Counted from the first letter of the whole stretch, positions 25,501 to 39,411 are shown. The stretch: 62,977 nucleotides of DNA, filler included, from Octopus bimaculoides (GCF_001194135.2; 8 parts of 8 records of this genome joined end to end with filler, not necessarily neighbours in it); one strand, 5' to 3'. Translations and numbers: made by a program. Notes: generated by a model from the sequence alone, not told the origin.

Positions 25501-28371
25501 TTAACTTTGTGGTTGTTTTCATTATTAAGTTCCACAACATTCCTTTTACTTCTCGGTCTCAATATGGTCAGCTTCGTTTGTAGATATTTTCTTTGCATGT
25601 ATTTATTAAAGTGTTATAAACCAATCTACACAAACGTTAGTATCAACGCGAATCCTATACCGAGCATGGATATATTTCTGAGGGTAAAAATCGATTATCA
25701 GAAAAGCGATTTAATTTTCAAATTTAGAATTGACAATAAATAATATATGCCACTTCTATTAGCAACTGTAATAAATAAGGAATAAGAAAAGAAAATATGC
25801 AGAAGGTAAACACTGAATGATTCTTGAATTTAATGTAAAATATGGGATTTCTATTTGATACTGAGATTGAGTTTATTTTCTATGAATTATTCGGTAATTA
25901 TGAAATTAAAACGAATGATTTTTTATGGAAGAAACTTCCTATGATTTAAATTTAAATTTACAAAGATAATTTGAACTAAAACTATATACACTTGCACACG
26001 TATATAAGCATACTATCACATGCATATATGTGGCTGTCACAGAGAGAGAGAGAGATAGATAGATAGAGAGAGATGTATATATGCATAAATGTATGTATGC
26101 TTATATCTATGTATGTTCGTATGTATATATGTATCATGTTATAATCTGTCTCCTTTTTTTTATATTTACTGGGCGGTTTCACGGGGTCTGACGGAGCAGA
26201 GGACTATGTAGGGCTCCGGCGTCTGATTTTGCGTGGTTTCTTCGGCCTGATACCCTACCTAACGCCAACAACTTTATAGAATGTATAAGGCACTTTTGTT
26301 CTTTAAAATGTATCCCAAATGTAACATTTAAATTTCAGTTCTAAAAAAAAATATTAATTACGTAAGTGCTGCTGTGTTAAACTTTGATTACATGGGTTTA
26401 AGCTGATAATTTATATTTAACGCTAATTATTGCGTACCATACATAAGAGTATTGTTTTTCATCAAAACAATTCAGCCTTTTACAACTTCGCTTCAGCTTG
26501 TCAGCTGCAATGAGAGTTTCTCTGGGTGATCATTTAAACTGCCAGATATATGACTTAAAATCTTTCTCAAATTATGTCTGAATGTTTCAGAAAAGATCAC
26601 GTACGTGTAAGAAAAATTAGAAAAGACGGGATCTTCACGACTGGTTTTACCATAGGTCAATGGTCTATTTTATTAGTGTTCGATTAGTAGATACGCAAAA
26701 GGAGGAAGAATCAGTCACCTGCTCCAACTCCACATTTGGTCAAACAATTCCAAGAAACATGGAGACTCAACAAAGAAATTAAAATAGCCATTATGCATCT
26801 CTAATGTGGTCTTAATGAATAGTGAAGGAACTTTATAAGAGAAATCGATTATCATAAAATACTATAACTTCATACTTATTGCGGTAAATCATGTATGAAT
26901 CTGCCGGTAGAGGCTGTGGGGGGGGGGGTCTTGCTCGTGAAGGTAATCTTTGTGTGTACGTTTCGGATCGTCAACGTATAAGGAACGAAATTAAAAAGAT
27001 GGAAACAGTTATTGCTTTCACAGAAATTCTGCAGAGGTGACTTGATCAGTTTCAACAGAACTTGTTCTAGCGACCATCAAAAAAGGTTAAGGAATCAACT
27101 GGATAAATGAGGCACTGATTTACAATTATTACTTTAAAAAGTTTCGTGTCTCGGCGATATCATGAAAGTCAAAAAGAACTAGATTTGTTCTCAACGAAAC
27201 ACTAGATTGCTGTATCAGGTTTCAATAGAATGATTATGAATATGAAGAAAATATTGGAAGCGAAGAATATGTGGACTTTTGAAGCAAATTTGAAGTTTGA
27301 AAATTGGTTAGTCGGTATTAATGAACGTGCGTTACGTCTGTATATTGCCGTTGGTATCTGGAGGGTGAGTTTGAGAGAGTAGAATACTGGAATATCAATA
27401 CGAAGAATTGATAGACTTGGATAGAAAGCTCTGAGATTTCTGTTCCGACACGCAGCATTCTGAATACAGATGTTACTGAAATCCCCTTTCCTCATCCTTT
27501 CGGGATGGATGATAAGTAATAATCCAGGTCGTTTGACTGAGAGATCTGATCGTGTGTCGAATGCGAGGGCTTGTGGACAATGTTCCAGCACTATTCATTA
27601 TGAGTTCAGACTTGCTTCCTGAAGAAAAAGAAGAACAATTATAGTTTTTCATGATTTTCTTCTGGGGAAATAATATATCTGATCGTCAGCTAGAAAATTA
27701 CGTAGGCTTGCAAGATTTCAAGTTCATTGCTGATAAAAGAACCTGAAAGAAGAGCATTACCGTAAAGATAGAATTGTGGCTGATGCTACTCACAAATTTT
27801 AAATGTGAATACAATTTAATTTGATTTAAATAAGAAGTAAATAAAATAAACATTTTCAAAAATACATCATATAACCTACATTCCATTCGCTTGATAAATT
27901 CATATTTGCACGCTAGTATAATACTCTTAATCATATATGTAAGCTGATATAATTAATTCTTTTAATTATAGAGGTTGCAACATCAATAGCGACGATATTT
28001 TTCTTTAATTAATAAGTACAGTCGTTCGAGGCATAAACTCCATAAATATTTTCACAAGAATAGCTATGCTATTCTACTACAATTAATTTCTTCATCGCAC
28101 CGCGTTAAATAAAGCTGAAAACGACCCAGATTCAAACTTAATATTTCCAGATGAAATACTAACCACCATTGTACAAAGTCAAATGACCGTAGATTTAACT
28201 CCTATTGCACTCATAACAAAATGTTTAGTTGAACGTTCTGCTTCAGAAAAAGTATACAAGAACTCAGCTGCCTTCAATTTTCTCCGTCAACACCATCATC
28301 ACACCCACAGGAACAATGTTATAAAAAAAAAATATGCAGTCGCATTACCTTGCTATTTATATATTTATGGT

Positions 28372-28750
28372 GGAGGCGCAATGGTTCAGTGGTTAGGGCA
28401 GCGGACTCGCGGTCATAGGATCGCGGTTTCGATTTCCAGACCGCGCATTTTGAGTGTTTATTGAGCGAAAACACCTAATGCTCCACGAGGCTCCGGTAGG
28501 GGATGGTGGCCAATCCTGATATACTCTTCTACCACAACTTTCTCCCACTCTTACTTCCTGTTTCTGGTGTGCTTGTAATTCAAAGGGTCAGCCTTGTCAC
28601 ACTGTGTCACGCTGAATATTCCCTGAGAACTACGATAAGGGTACACGTGTCTGTGGAGTGCTCAGCCACTTGCACGTTAATTTCACGAGCAGGCTGTTCC
28701 GTTGATCGGATCAACTGAAACCTTCGACGTCGTAAGCGACGGAGTGCCAA
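28372..28750 (+). mobile_element. SINE family B (tRNA-like head, ~380 bp)
   Basis: GGAGGCGCAATGGTTCAGTGGTTAGGGCAGCGGAC..GGTTTCGATTTCC head; sibling at 53867-54227. Confidence 0.85.
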
Positions 28751-29154
28751 GAAGAATATATTTATGGGAAATCGACACATTTTATACTCGGAATTGTGTA
28801 TTTTCTCGAAAATTTGTGAGTGCAAATAATAATCCATGTAATTTATGTACTGCTGGAGAAATGGTATAACGAGGGCAATCGAGATATCTCTCAATGAAAT
28901 TCAGAGAGGTTTAATTATTGTAATCATGAGATATTCTTTTATTCTCTAATTTATGTCAGTCAGTAGAATGCGGTACCGTTTTGAGCATTTTATTTCATTT
29001 TTTTTTTTTTGTGAAACGAATCGAAAACCGTACTTATTTGTTTACAGCCTGATACTTATTCTATCGGTCGGTTTTGCCGAACCACTACATATACACACAT
29101 ACACACATATATACTTAAATACACCCCCCCACACACACACACACATATATATAT

Positions 29155-29318
29155 GTAGCTGTGTGGTGAGAAGTTAGTTTCGCGACCACATTTTTCCAGG
29201 TTCAGTCCCATTCCATGGCACCTTGGGCAGGATCTTGGTACTATAGCCCCTGCCCGACGAAAGGTATGTGAGTGGATTTGCTAGACGGAAAATGAAAGAG
29301 GCTCGTCGAGTATATATA
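29155..29318 (+). mobile_element. SINE module D (tRNA-like head, ACCTTGGGCA, GTGGATTTGGTAGACGGAAA)
   Basis: Siblings at ~45219-45366, ~45441-45604 and a 3' fragment at ~6232-6300. Confidence 0.75.
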
Positions 29319-29555
29319 CTCCTCCTCTTTCTCTCTGTCTTTCTTTTTCTGCCGTTCCCTCTCTGCCTCTCTCACCCCTCGTTCTAGTTTTTTCCCTTAG
29401 TCCTTCCTTCTCTCTCGCTCTCCCTCTTTTATCTCTCTCCCTATCATTCCCCTATCTCTCTGATTTCATTTTCTCTCTCTCGTATTCCTTAATCCCTTTA
29501 CCCTCCCCCTTATCCCTCAATCTCTTTGCTTTCCTTCCTCACTTACCTCCCTTGT

Positions 29556-29602
<47 letters not shown>

Positions 29603-29610
29603 TTCCCTGA

Positions 29611-29843
29611 CATTCTTATTTCTTTACTGTTCACAAGGGCTTACACGCAGAAGGGACAAACAAGGACAGACAAACGGATTAAGTCAATTATATCGACCCC
29701 AGTGCGTAAATGGTAGTTATTTAATCGACCCCGAAAGGATGATGGGCAAAGTCGACCTCGGCGGTATCTGAACTCAGAACATAGCGTCAGACGAAATGCC
29801 TCTAAGCATTTCCCCTGGCGTCCTAACATTTCTGCCACCTACC
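29611..29843 (-). mobile_element. SINE family A, tail type ii
   Basis: Full head and body plus GGGACAAACAAGGACAGACAAACGG tail block. Confidence 0.8.
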
Positions 29844-30225
29844 CTTCCCTGACATTCTGTGATCCCCCCTATCATTATTTGGTATCTGTCATTTTTTCTC
29901 TCTCGTATCCCTTAGTCCCTCTGCCCTCTTCAGCTCCTCCCCTCCTCTACGATATGACCACTGTTCGGTTTAGGCATTTTCGTCCTTTTTCAGCTGACAA
30001 CCATTGAGATCAGGCTGTAAATAAAACAGTCGCATCTGTTTTGTTCTGTCTCACCACTCGATCAGCTAAGATCTTTCCAAATACTTTTTCCTTGCGCTAG
30101 CTTACTACACTGTCTGATAGTTGAAAGACCCTGTTTGTTTTCTTTTATTCTGTTGTAATTGTATAATTATTTTTCTTTTGATGTATAATCGAAAGGCTTT
30201 TGTCCATTGTATGTTTATAATTCTG

Positions 30226-30352
30226 CAGTGTGTCCACAAAGTCTGGGTACATGGGGTTTAGCACATACTTTAAGAAATTATTATTTCTTACATTTAATTG
30301 TTTATGTTATGATTTTATTTACTCCATGTACCCAGATCTTGTGGACACACTG
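30226..30352. mobile_element. Tc1/mariner-like MITE (127 bp)
   Basis: 32-bp TIRs CAGTGTGTCCACAAAGTCTGGGTACATGGGGT (30226-30257) and 30321-30352, 3 mismatches; CAGTG terminus, TA on right, TG on left; 63-bp AT-rich interior. Confidence 0.75.
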
Positions 30353-30625
30353 TATTTCTTATGTTACGTCGGTCCGATAGACGAAAGACCCTTTCTGTTT
30401 GTTATTTCCTTGTGTTTGTGTATGTACATTCATTTGCCTTGCAAAGGGGCTTCATGCTATCAACTTAAGCCCTTAACCCAACTGGTTTCGAGTAGTATCG
30501 GAGAGGATTGGGCGAAACTACGTGGACATTCCAATCTCAGACTGAAAAGGCAATTGGCTGCGAATGATCAGTACATTTTGATTTGTCATGTTTGCCAGTC
30601 TTCATATATATATATATATATATAG

Positions 30626-30659
<34 letters not shown>

Positions 30660-31304
30660 GCTACTGGAGGTTGGGAGGGACATTATGCCGTTAATAGTCG
30701 ACACACGCATTGGTTCAGTCTTTATTGTTATTGTTAGTTAATGGGTTAGTTACTCCGTTAGCAAATTCATCGATCAGCCGTTATTTACTAGTTTTCCGAA
30801 CTCATATGTTAAACATTTTGGTCAAACAGTTGATCTCGTCCAAATGATCAGTAATGTTCGTGTTGTCATTTCTTTTTTTATATTTCGTTAAATAATTATT
30901 TCATTGCAAACCAAATACAAATACGAAATATATATATACACATACACATATATGAGGTTGGGTAATACACTTCTCAAAACCTAGCTACGCCTGCACCTGT
31001 ATAGAGATTATTTACATCTCAAACCAGCTGTTTACACCAGTATCTAACATTACTACGACCATGACTATTATCATACCACATATTAAACCAAATTTACCAC
31101 GAACTACTTACACAGAACATGAAAGAAAACTGATATTACAAAGCTCTAATAATCTGTATATTATTACGTGCCTTCTTATGTGAATTGCTTTGTATTTCTA
31201 TGTTATATGATACCGACTACAATTGGCTTCAAATAACTTATAAAATCAAATATAAGACCTATTATTTATGCGATGCATAAAATACATATATATATATATA
31301 TATA

Positions 31305-31404
31305 NNNNNNNNNNNNNNNNNNNNNNNNNNNNNNNNNNNNNNNNNNNNTTAATTAATTAANNNNNNNNNNNNNNNNNNNNNNNNNNNNNNNNNNNNNNNN
31401 NNNN
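31305..31404. other. Artificial 100-bp scaffold join (44 N + TTAATTAATTAA + 44 N)
   Basis: Same linker at 31349, 39870, 43644, 50623, 52479, 56255 and 58825, always embedded in N; it contains stops in all six frames. Confidence 0.95.
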
Positions 31405-31420
31405 CTGTGTATGAGAGAGA

Positions 31421-31457
<37 letters not shown>

Positions 31458-31686
31458 TGCGTGTGTGTGTGTGTGTGAGAGTGGGTGTGTGTGAGAGAGT
31501 GTGTGTGTGAGAGAGAGTGTGTGTGTGAGAGAGTGTGTGTGTGAGAGAGAGTGTGTGTGTGAGAGAGAGAGTGTGTGTGTGTGTGTGTGCGATAGAGAGA
31601 GTGTGTGTGTGTGCGAGAGAGAGAGTATGTGAATGTGTGTGTGTGTGCGAGAGAGAGAGTGTGTGAATGTGTGTGTCTGTATGTGT

Positions 31687-31720
<34 letters not shown>

Positions 31721-31854
31721 CTTCTTTATTGAGTGGTGCAACTTATCCTAACAGTTTTTCTCCTTCTTTCCTTCTTGTCTCAGCGAGTTTCGCAGTAAAA
31801 ATAGACAAAAATAGAATAATAGATTAGAGACAGGGACCGTCAACGTGAGAGTTT

Positions 31855-32070
31855 GGCTTGCTAGAAATAACAGTTAAATTTCCCTCAAATTATGACTCTG
31901 CATTCTTAAAAAAAAAACAAAAAAAACGGGAACCACACTGGATGATGTCCCCTAAATATATAATGTCTAAAGGAGAGACTAGATGATCATAGTTACAAGG
32001 CTTTTGATCATAGAGAGCTGCAGCTGCCAAAATCTGGCCTGGCTGAAAATCAAACAATAACAACAACAGC
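31855..32070 (+). mobile_element. Single decayed copy of (AAC)n-tailed retroposon (family G)
   Basis: CTAGAAATAACAGTTAAATTTCCCTCAAAT head, CACACTGGATGATGT..TTTGATCATAG body, AACAATAACAACAAC tail; fragments at ~20530-20580 (+) and ~36920-36985 (-). Confidence 0.6.
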
Positions 32071-33789
32071 GGCGGCGGCGACGACGACGACGAAGATGAA
32101 GACGACAGCAACAATATCAACAATAAAGATTTTCACCAACACAAACCAAAACATATCTGAACCTTGAATGAATAACAGAGTTCACGGAATATGGTAAAAG
32201 TTTAACTGATGCGAGGATTAGAAAGTGTAACACACTTTACATATCATACCGCGCCAAAACACAAAACAAAACAAAACAAAAAAACCTGAAAATTTCTCAA
32301 AAGAAGCAATCTAAATTACTTACCTCTGTCCTAGCGTCCGCCGATCAGCGACCAGTAGCCATACCCTTTAGTATTATGCAAACCACCCGATCTATATTAG
32401 CGTCATGCTACTCTCTATATACCAATTTGGCGCATAACTTGTATCTACTCGCCCTATCACTCATCGTTCTCTGTCTCACCTGAATTCCAGCCACAAATTT
32501 CTTTTATTCCAGCTCGAAGTTTCTTTTCCCTATCCCTCAGGATTCATCTTTAGTTTTTGCTGCTCTTCCATACATCTTCAGTTACAATGCAATGTTTCGC
32601 TTCCTGCAAGACTACTGCAATGCCTACAAATACTATCGTTAGAAAAGCAAACTTTCCCGCCTACCAGATTGCAGCAGAATCTGCGGCCTTACCAAGAGAG
32701 TCTCACCAAAGATGGCTATTAGCAGCACTTCTGCAGACAAACCCTCCGCATTTGCTATTTGTTTCGCCTCTAACTCGACATTATACACTTTCAACGAAAC
32801 TCCTAACAAACTAACCTTCTCCACGTTCCCCACACCTCCACTCTCACAACGACATTATTGTTTCGTGCGGCTAGTCACAACGGCTTCACTTACATCATCT
32901 TCAAACGGTGCATTACAGACTTAATTCCTGTCCTCGTCAAACTTTTCAATCTCTCCCCCCCCCTATCTCCCACACACCAGTACATACATATATACATACG
33001 CACACATGCACATACATACTTCTTTATATATGCATAAATGTAATTCTTTTCCCTACTAAATTACACTTCATATTCAAGGCTCTGATGAATCTATAAGGCG
33101 TTACGCAGACACTCAAATATGAGTCCACTGCACCCTATAGCAGAAACAGCGGTAAGCTAATGAAGTTCATAAGATAATCGTTTATTCCTTTGTCATTTCC
33201 TTTTATTACGTATATATATNNNNNNNNNNNNNNNNNNNNNNNTATATATATGCCCCTTGGAAGTACACCACAGTGTGACCAATTCCACAAGAAGTACCAT
33301 CTTTCTGACATTTTCAACTACAAATCCATTGCTCGCACTTCCAATAGCTGAAAAGCAATAAAATCAACCACCTTTTGTGAAAACTATATCTCCTCCTCAT
33401 AGATTATCACCCGTATGCCCTACTAAGGACCACATCACCTGGAGACTTGCTTTCCTGTTCATTTACCCGTGGTCAATCGCCCTTGAGAACTCATGTATCA
33501 TTAATATTTTGTAGTTGATATTTGCGAAGTCTTTCACTGCGAATGGTATGAGGACCTCCAAGCTGACCACCTAAGATCTGTATCTGTGCAGATTTCTTGC
33601 GTCGAGGTGGATCTCACTATTTCAAGAGTGTCGTTGGGAGTTCTCTCCGATCTTTTTTCTATTAACTCTGATGTAACCTTGGGTTCGGTAAAGTTTCATT
33701 CAGGAACACGACATTCCCCGTTACCAGAAGTCAATAGTTATATTATCCAGAAGTCAATGTGTCGAACATAAAAATTACTGAACAATAAC

Positions 33790-35039
33790 TATTAGGTCAT
33801 CCCATAAGTTCTGTCCGAATTTTGAATAAAGAAAACAAGTGTTGAAATTTAATCATCAATGTACTTTCCCTGATTATCTATGACTTCCTTCCATCTGTTT
33901 ACAAGCTTTTTAATCCCATCAATGTAAAACTTCTTTTGGTTTCTAATCGAAGAACTCTGAAATGTCAGTTTCGACCTCCTCCTGGCTTGCGAAAGTTATG
34001 TCCCCAAATGATTCTGTAAACTCCGAAACAAATGGTAGTCTGAAGGAACATGGTCGAGAGAATAAAGTGGATGAGGAATTTTCACCCAACCAAGCTCTTG
34101 GATCTTCTGTGATGTGATCTATGCAGTGTGGGGTCGCGCATTGTCCTGATGAAACATCACTCCTTTTAGATTCACTAAAGCGGGTCTATTTTACTTCAAA
34201 GCTTGTCTCAAACGCTCTAATTGCTGACAGTAGACTTGAGCATTGATTGTTGCATTAGGTGGTAACAGTTCAAAGTGAATTACTCCGTTGCAATCCCACC
34301 AGATAGAGAGAAGAACCTTTTTTCCATGAAGTTCCCTTCTCGGTTGTGGTTGAGCTTTTTCCCTTTTACCAAGTCACTGTTTAAGGCGTTTATTTTTCGT
34401 CACCAGTCACAAGTTTATCCAAAAAGGGTGAAAGAGTTCGCGAGAATGGATAGAATAGCAGATGTCAACTCGGGATTTGAGGTTGCTTTCAGACAATTCA
34501 TGAAGCACCCTTTTCCAAGTTTAGGAACCTTTCCAAGTTGTTGAATATGACGATGAACAGTTGTATGGTTTGAACTAAGCTTTTTGCCAATTCTTCAACT
34601 GATAATGCAGGATTTTCTTCAAGTAATGCCTCAAGGAGCTTATTATCAAACTCAACTGGACATCCTGTTCGATCTTCATCTTCAAGGCTGAAACCTACAC
34701 TTCTGAATTTTGCAAACCATCTTCTGCAAGTTCTTTCATTCAAGCATTCTTTCCCATAAATTGAGTATATGTTTCGAGTCGCTTCGGCTGCAGAGTTTCC
34801 TTTTTGTACTCATAAAGCATTATGTGTCTTAAATGCTCTTTGGATACGTCCATGTTAGAAAGGGTTTTAATCAAAGAAGTTTTAATTCTATTATTCTGTA
34901 AAATAATATTTAATTAGTTTAAATGAACACAAATGCATAAAAATAATTTTAAATTCCATTAGACATTCTAAAATACTATTAAATTTCATTCAATTTTATA
35001 AAAGGTAAACTCGGACAGAACTTATGGGATGACCTGATA
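33790..35039 (-). mobile_element. Mariner DNA transposon 1, near full length (~1.25 kb), decayed transposase
   Basis: 27-bp TIRs TTAGGTCATCCCATAAGTTCTGTCCGA (33792-33818, 35011-35037, 1 mismatch) with TA on both sides. Minus-strand transposase 34853 to 33849: MDVSKEHLRHIMLYEY, WFAKFRS, LVTGDEK(stop), LLSIWWDCNGVIHFELLP, HQDNARPH, YSLDHVPSDYHLFRS, RWKEVIDNQGKYIDD*. Confidence 0.93.
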
Positions 35040-35630
35040 TTTAAATACCTCTTTATTTAGGTTTCATGTGTAACCCTACTGAGTGATATTACGTGTACCT
35101 TTGATAAATTCAGTTAATGATCTCTTAACACATACTGAACATATCTAGCCAGAAGTTTTCAACTTTACCTTGATTTTCTAACATTTAGTACTGCTTATTT
35201 CCGATGACCTACCTAAACCTATATTTCTCACTTTGGCAGTTATGATAATTATCGAAGATTTCACATCTGTTGGTTTCAACTCCATCTTTTGAAGATGACC
35301 ACAGAATAGGTTTGGCAATAGAAGCGTTTGTTTATCGGAATTACTTTCTTCTCGGACAATTTCTGAACCCAGGGCATTTGTCAATAGTTTTCTTTTCATT
35401 TGAATCCTATCTTCGGTTATGTTGCTTTTAGCATTTATTTTTGTTTTGCTTTTCACTGGATTTTGTCTACTCTTGGGTTGATCTTCTTGTTAGGGTACAC
35501 TCTTTTTGGTTCAGTAATAATTTTACTGGGTTGTAAATCTAACAAACCTCAGTTTTCTAGCAAGTTCTTCCACTAAGATCAAATATTCCAGACATACCCT
35601 CATATTTCTTCAAGCATTATGTATACGAAG

Positions 35631-36893
35631 TATTGGGTTGGCAACTAAATTTAAGTTTTTTAAAAGGTTTAATAAAAAATAACAATTAATCAATAATTTA
35701 TTCACCCTTGTTCACAACTTCATCCCAAAGTTCAAGATTTTCACTACCTCGTTGGTAGAAATCACCCGATTTCGACTCGAAAAATTGATCCAACCAATCT
35801 CTCAATTTTGCATCAGTATTGAACGAAACTACACGCATAGCATTTCAAAGCGATCGAAAGAGGTGGAAATCCGTTGGTGCCAAATCAGGAGAGTACGGCG
35901 GGTGTGGCAGCACTTCCCAGCCATGCGTTTGAATGGTTTCCTTGGTCATATTGGCGGTATGAGGGTGGGCGTTGTCGTACAGCAGAAGAACCCCATGCTG
36001 CCGATTAAGTCTTTTCTCTTGAATAACCGTGTTGAGTCGTTCCATCTGTTGAACATAGTTCCGCTTTGACCGTTTGATTCCGTTCAAGCAATTTGTAAAG
36101 GATAATCCCTTCCCAGTCCTACCATACGCACAACATCGTTTTATGCGGATGAAGATCTTGTTTCACGCGCGGTGTCGCTTGTTTACCGGAATTAAGCCAT
36201 TCCTTACGCTGCTTCATATTGATGTACAGGCACCATTTTTCGTCGCCAGTAACAATTTGGTAAAGAAATCGTTACTTGTGTCCATGAGTTGAGCGGTGAC
36301 GAGTAAGCAAACCAACGGAGATTGTAGCTCGTTGATTTTTGTTGTTGTCACTTAAAGCATGCTGAACCCATGCTCCATACTTCTGAACCTTTCTCATCGA
36401 GTGAAGATGCTTCTCTATAGCAGTGTGGGAGCATTCCATTTTCTCTGCCAGTTCCCTTGTTGTTTGACGATAATTTTCGTGCAAAAGTTAGTTTTATCGC
36501 TCTTCATCGAACTCAACTAACGGCCAGAACGAGGTACGTCTTTGAGGTCAAAATTTCCATTTTTGAACTTGGCATACCAATCACGAACGGTTCTTTCAGC
36601 TATAGCACCCTCTCCATACATAGCACAAATGTCGCGAGCAGCTTTTGCGGCCTTAGAACCTTGATTAAAGGCAAAAAGGAGGTGTCGAAAATGCTCGTCT
36701 TTCTTAACTTGACATTCCATTTTAATGATCTGAAAATAAACAAAAATTAACTAAAATTAACTGGAAACAAAAACAAAATAGATTCCAAAATGATTCAAAA
36801 ATAGAATTCTCGAAAAAAATAGATTCCAAAATTTTAAAACGCAATAAATTCCAAAATTTAAAAAACGGCGGGAACTTAGTTGCTAACCCAATA
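35631..36893 (-). mobile_element. Mariner DNA transposon 2 (DD34D), near full length (~1.26 kb), decayed transposase
   Basis: TIRs TTGGGTT(G/A)GCAACTAA at 35633-35648 and 36876-36891, TA flanks. Transposase pieces from 36720: EHFRHLLLFAF..WYAKFKNGNFDLKDVPRSGR, WVQHAL, IVTGDEKW, YDNAHPH-(34 residues)-YSPDLAPTDFHLFRSL; several frameshifts. Confidence 0.94.
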
Positions 36894-37828
36894 CATTACA
36901 CAATGTGTAAGATATGATGGGGGAAGAGGAAGATTTAGTTACTATTTCTAGCCGATCAAAATGACCACATAGAGGCTCCCGAAACTGCATATCATAATCT
37001 ATTAATAGTTGTGTTGATTCAAACTGTCTATCATAATCTAATAATAGCTGTGTTGTGAGGTGTCAAAAATAGACATGGTTCTAGTTACAATAAGTTTACA
37101 TACCGTTATCACGCCAGCTCCAAATTTAATCTTAAGTGTTTAGTAATAGTATACCACATGTAATCTGAATGCTCGTACTTGTTCTGCTTATATTTATTTT
37201 ACACATGAGAACTCAGGCATGTAGGATTTCTGGAAAGTCAACTAGATTCAGAATCACAGTTTGAGATTTTCCATATATCTTTGCGCTGTTTCTCTTGAAC
37301 CCTCATTAGTTCGGAGAGTGTTTAACCATTTTTACCCTGGGTGTCGGGCAACCTGTGCATATTTTGTTTTGTTTTTTCTTTATAGTTATTTGCATTAGAA
37401 AGGTAGTGGATAGCAGAATCGATAGAGTGTCAGAGAAAATGTCCTGCGATATTTACTAACTACCATTACATTCTGAGTTTAAATCACTTGTCACTGAGTC
37501 ACCTCTGTCTTTTACTTTTCAGTATCGATTAAATAAGTATCTATCAAACAGTGGGCGGTATAACAGTCAATTTTCTCCTCTTCTCAAGCTTTATTCCGAT
37601 TAAGGCCTTGTGTTTATGAAAAAATTCATCATTATTATCAGAGATGCGTGACAGAATCAGTAGAGCAGCGACAGTCAAAATGCTTTGTAATATTTAATTA
37701 CCTGTTTTAATGACTGAGCTGAATTCCTACCGATACTGGCTTTAGCTTTCCTCTTTTCAGGTGGCGCTTCAATAATACTAATCAAGAACTGAGGACGGTA
37801 TCGCTGATCATGCCTCTTTGCAATAGTA

Positions 37829-38005
37829 CGCCGCACAAAATGCTTAGCGGCATTTCATCTGTCTGCACCGTCTGAGTTCAAATTCCGCCGAGGTCTACTT
37901 TGCCTTTCATCCTTTGAGGATCGATAAAATAAGTACACTGGGGTCGATGTAATTGATTCATCCCCTCCTTCAAAATTGCTGCCCTTGTGGCAAAATTGGA
38001 AACCA
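37829..38005 (+). mobile_element. SINE family A, tail type i (older decayed copies at ~37400-37770)
   Basis: GAGTTCAAATTCCGCCGAGGTCTACTTTGCCTTTCATCC body. Confidence 0.75.
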
Positions 38006-38009
38006 TTAT

Positions 38010-38400
38010 CATCATTATCATCATTATCATCATTATCATTATTATTATTATTATGATGATTATTATCATTTGATGCAAACTCACGGCTTATTTTGCTGGG
38101 TATGATGGAAAGTGTCAGCTGTCCACGGCCAGCAGACTGAGGTGACTCTTGCTTACTGCTCATGCTTCAAGAACACTGCGAAGAATTCTTGCAGCTCCAA
38201 GCAATGCTGATTTTTGTAGCTGTTCTACCTTTGCATTTGTACCAATCTTTATGAGGCATAATGGTAATTGGGTGCTGATACTTCCTAGTGCGCCATTTCC
38301 TGTTGGTACCACGTCAACTCTCTTCATTGACCGCAAACTTAGTATTTCCCACTTCAAATTGTCAAAGTTGTTCAGTTTTTTTTCCACTTCAAATCGTCAT
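38010..38400 (-). mobile_element. R4/Dong-like RLE LINE, 5'-truncated, with 3' UTR and (TAA/TGA)n tail
   Basis: EKKLNNFDNLKWEILSLRSMKRVDVVPTGNGALGSI..LQKSALLGAARILRSVLEA* (stop 38160), about 90-bp UTR, trinucleotide tail; (TAA)n also at the 5' junction. Confidence 0.8.
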
Positions 38401-38431
38401 ATTATTATTATTCGTTGTTATTATTATTATG

Positions 38432-38487
<56 letters not shown>

Positions 38488-38490
38488 ATA

Positions 38491-38700
38491 GCGGTGAGCT
38501 GGTTGAATCGTTAGCACGCTGGACGAAATGCTTAGCGGTATTTCGCCCGTCGCTATATTCTGAGTTCGAATTCCACCGAGGTTGACTTTACCTTTCACCG
38601 TTTTGAAGTCGATAAATTAAGTACCAGTGAAACACTAGGGCCGATGTAATCGACTAGACCCTTACCCACAATTTCAAGCCATGTGCCTATAATAGAAAGG
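38491..38700 (+). mobile_element. SINE family A, tail type i, (ATT)n on both sides
   Basis: Full head GCGGTGAGCTGGTTGAATCGTTAGCAC, B-box GAGTTCGAATTCC. Confidence 0.8.
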
Positions 38701-38725
38701 ATTATTATTATTATAATTATTATTA

Positions 38726-39339
38726 CTGAGTGAGAGAGCAACGCATGCCGTCAAAATGACACAAATATACGAAGATCAACATACCCCTCATGACTACCAG
38801 TCCGATAAGGGTACACTAGGCACATGTATCACAAGCATATGTGCTCGACATGGTGATTTCATATCAAAATAAACAGTGCATAACCTTGCAGTTGGGGGTC
38901 CAGTTAGAATTTTCTTCAGGTCGAGTATCCCATCCCGCTCAAAAGGTCCCTGAATAAGGCTTGTTTAAGGATATTGAGCAAAACATCCATGTTTCCAAAG
39001 GTGAATTATTCAAACCCCAAAGAATTCCTCTCAACACATGGTTATGATGCTTCCCCACTACTTCTGCTCGTGATCAGAGATGCACATATCGTCAGCCACC
39101 AAGGGACATGCTAAATTGATTAAGGTCAAACAACTGACAAGCATATCTGTGGTATTGAGCAGAATATTTGCTGTAGCTCATCTTTTATACCAAGACAAAA
39201 CAATGTACATGATAACTCTCCCAGTCATTTAAGATCAAAAGCCATGAGAGCCACTAAACTCCTCCACTACTTCTACTCGTGACCAAATTGCACAATGTAA
39301 TCATAGATGTACAAAAACAATATACATTATTATTATTAC

Positions 39340-39411
<72 letters not shown>

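Noticed and set aside
27202-27591. 129-aa minus ORF and plus-strand GTGAGT donor near 27364
   Set aside because: No family resemblance and no good acceptor; cannot be supported.
28372-28445. tRNA gene
   Set aside because: tRNA-like head continues into a 300-bp body shared with 53867-54227, so it is a SINE; the same applies to other A/B-box hits.
32550-33790. Possible old LINE ORF remnants around the mariners
   Set aside because: Only vague similarity (RKANFPAY); too decayed to call.
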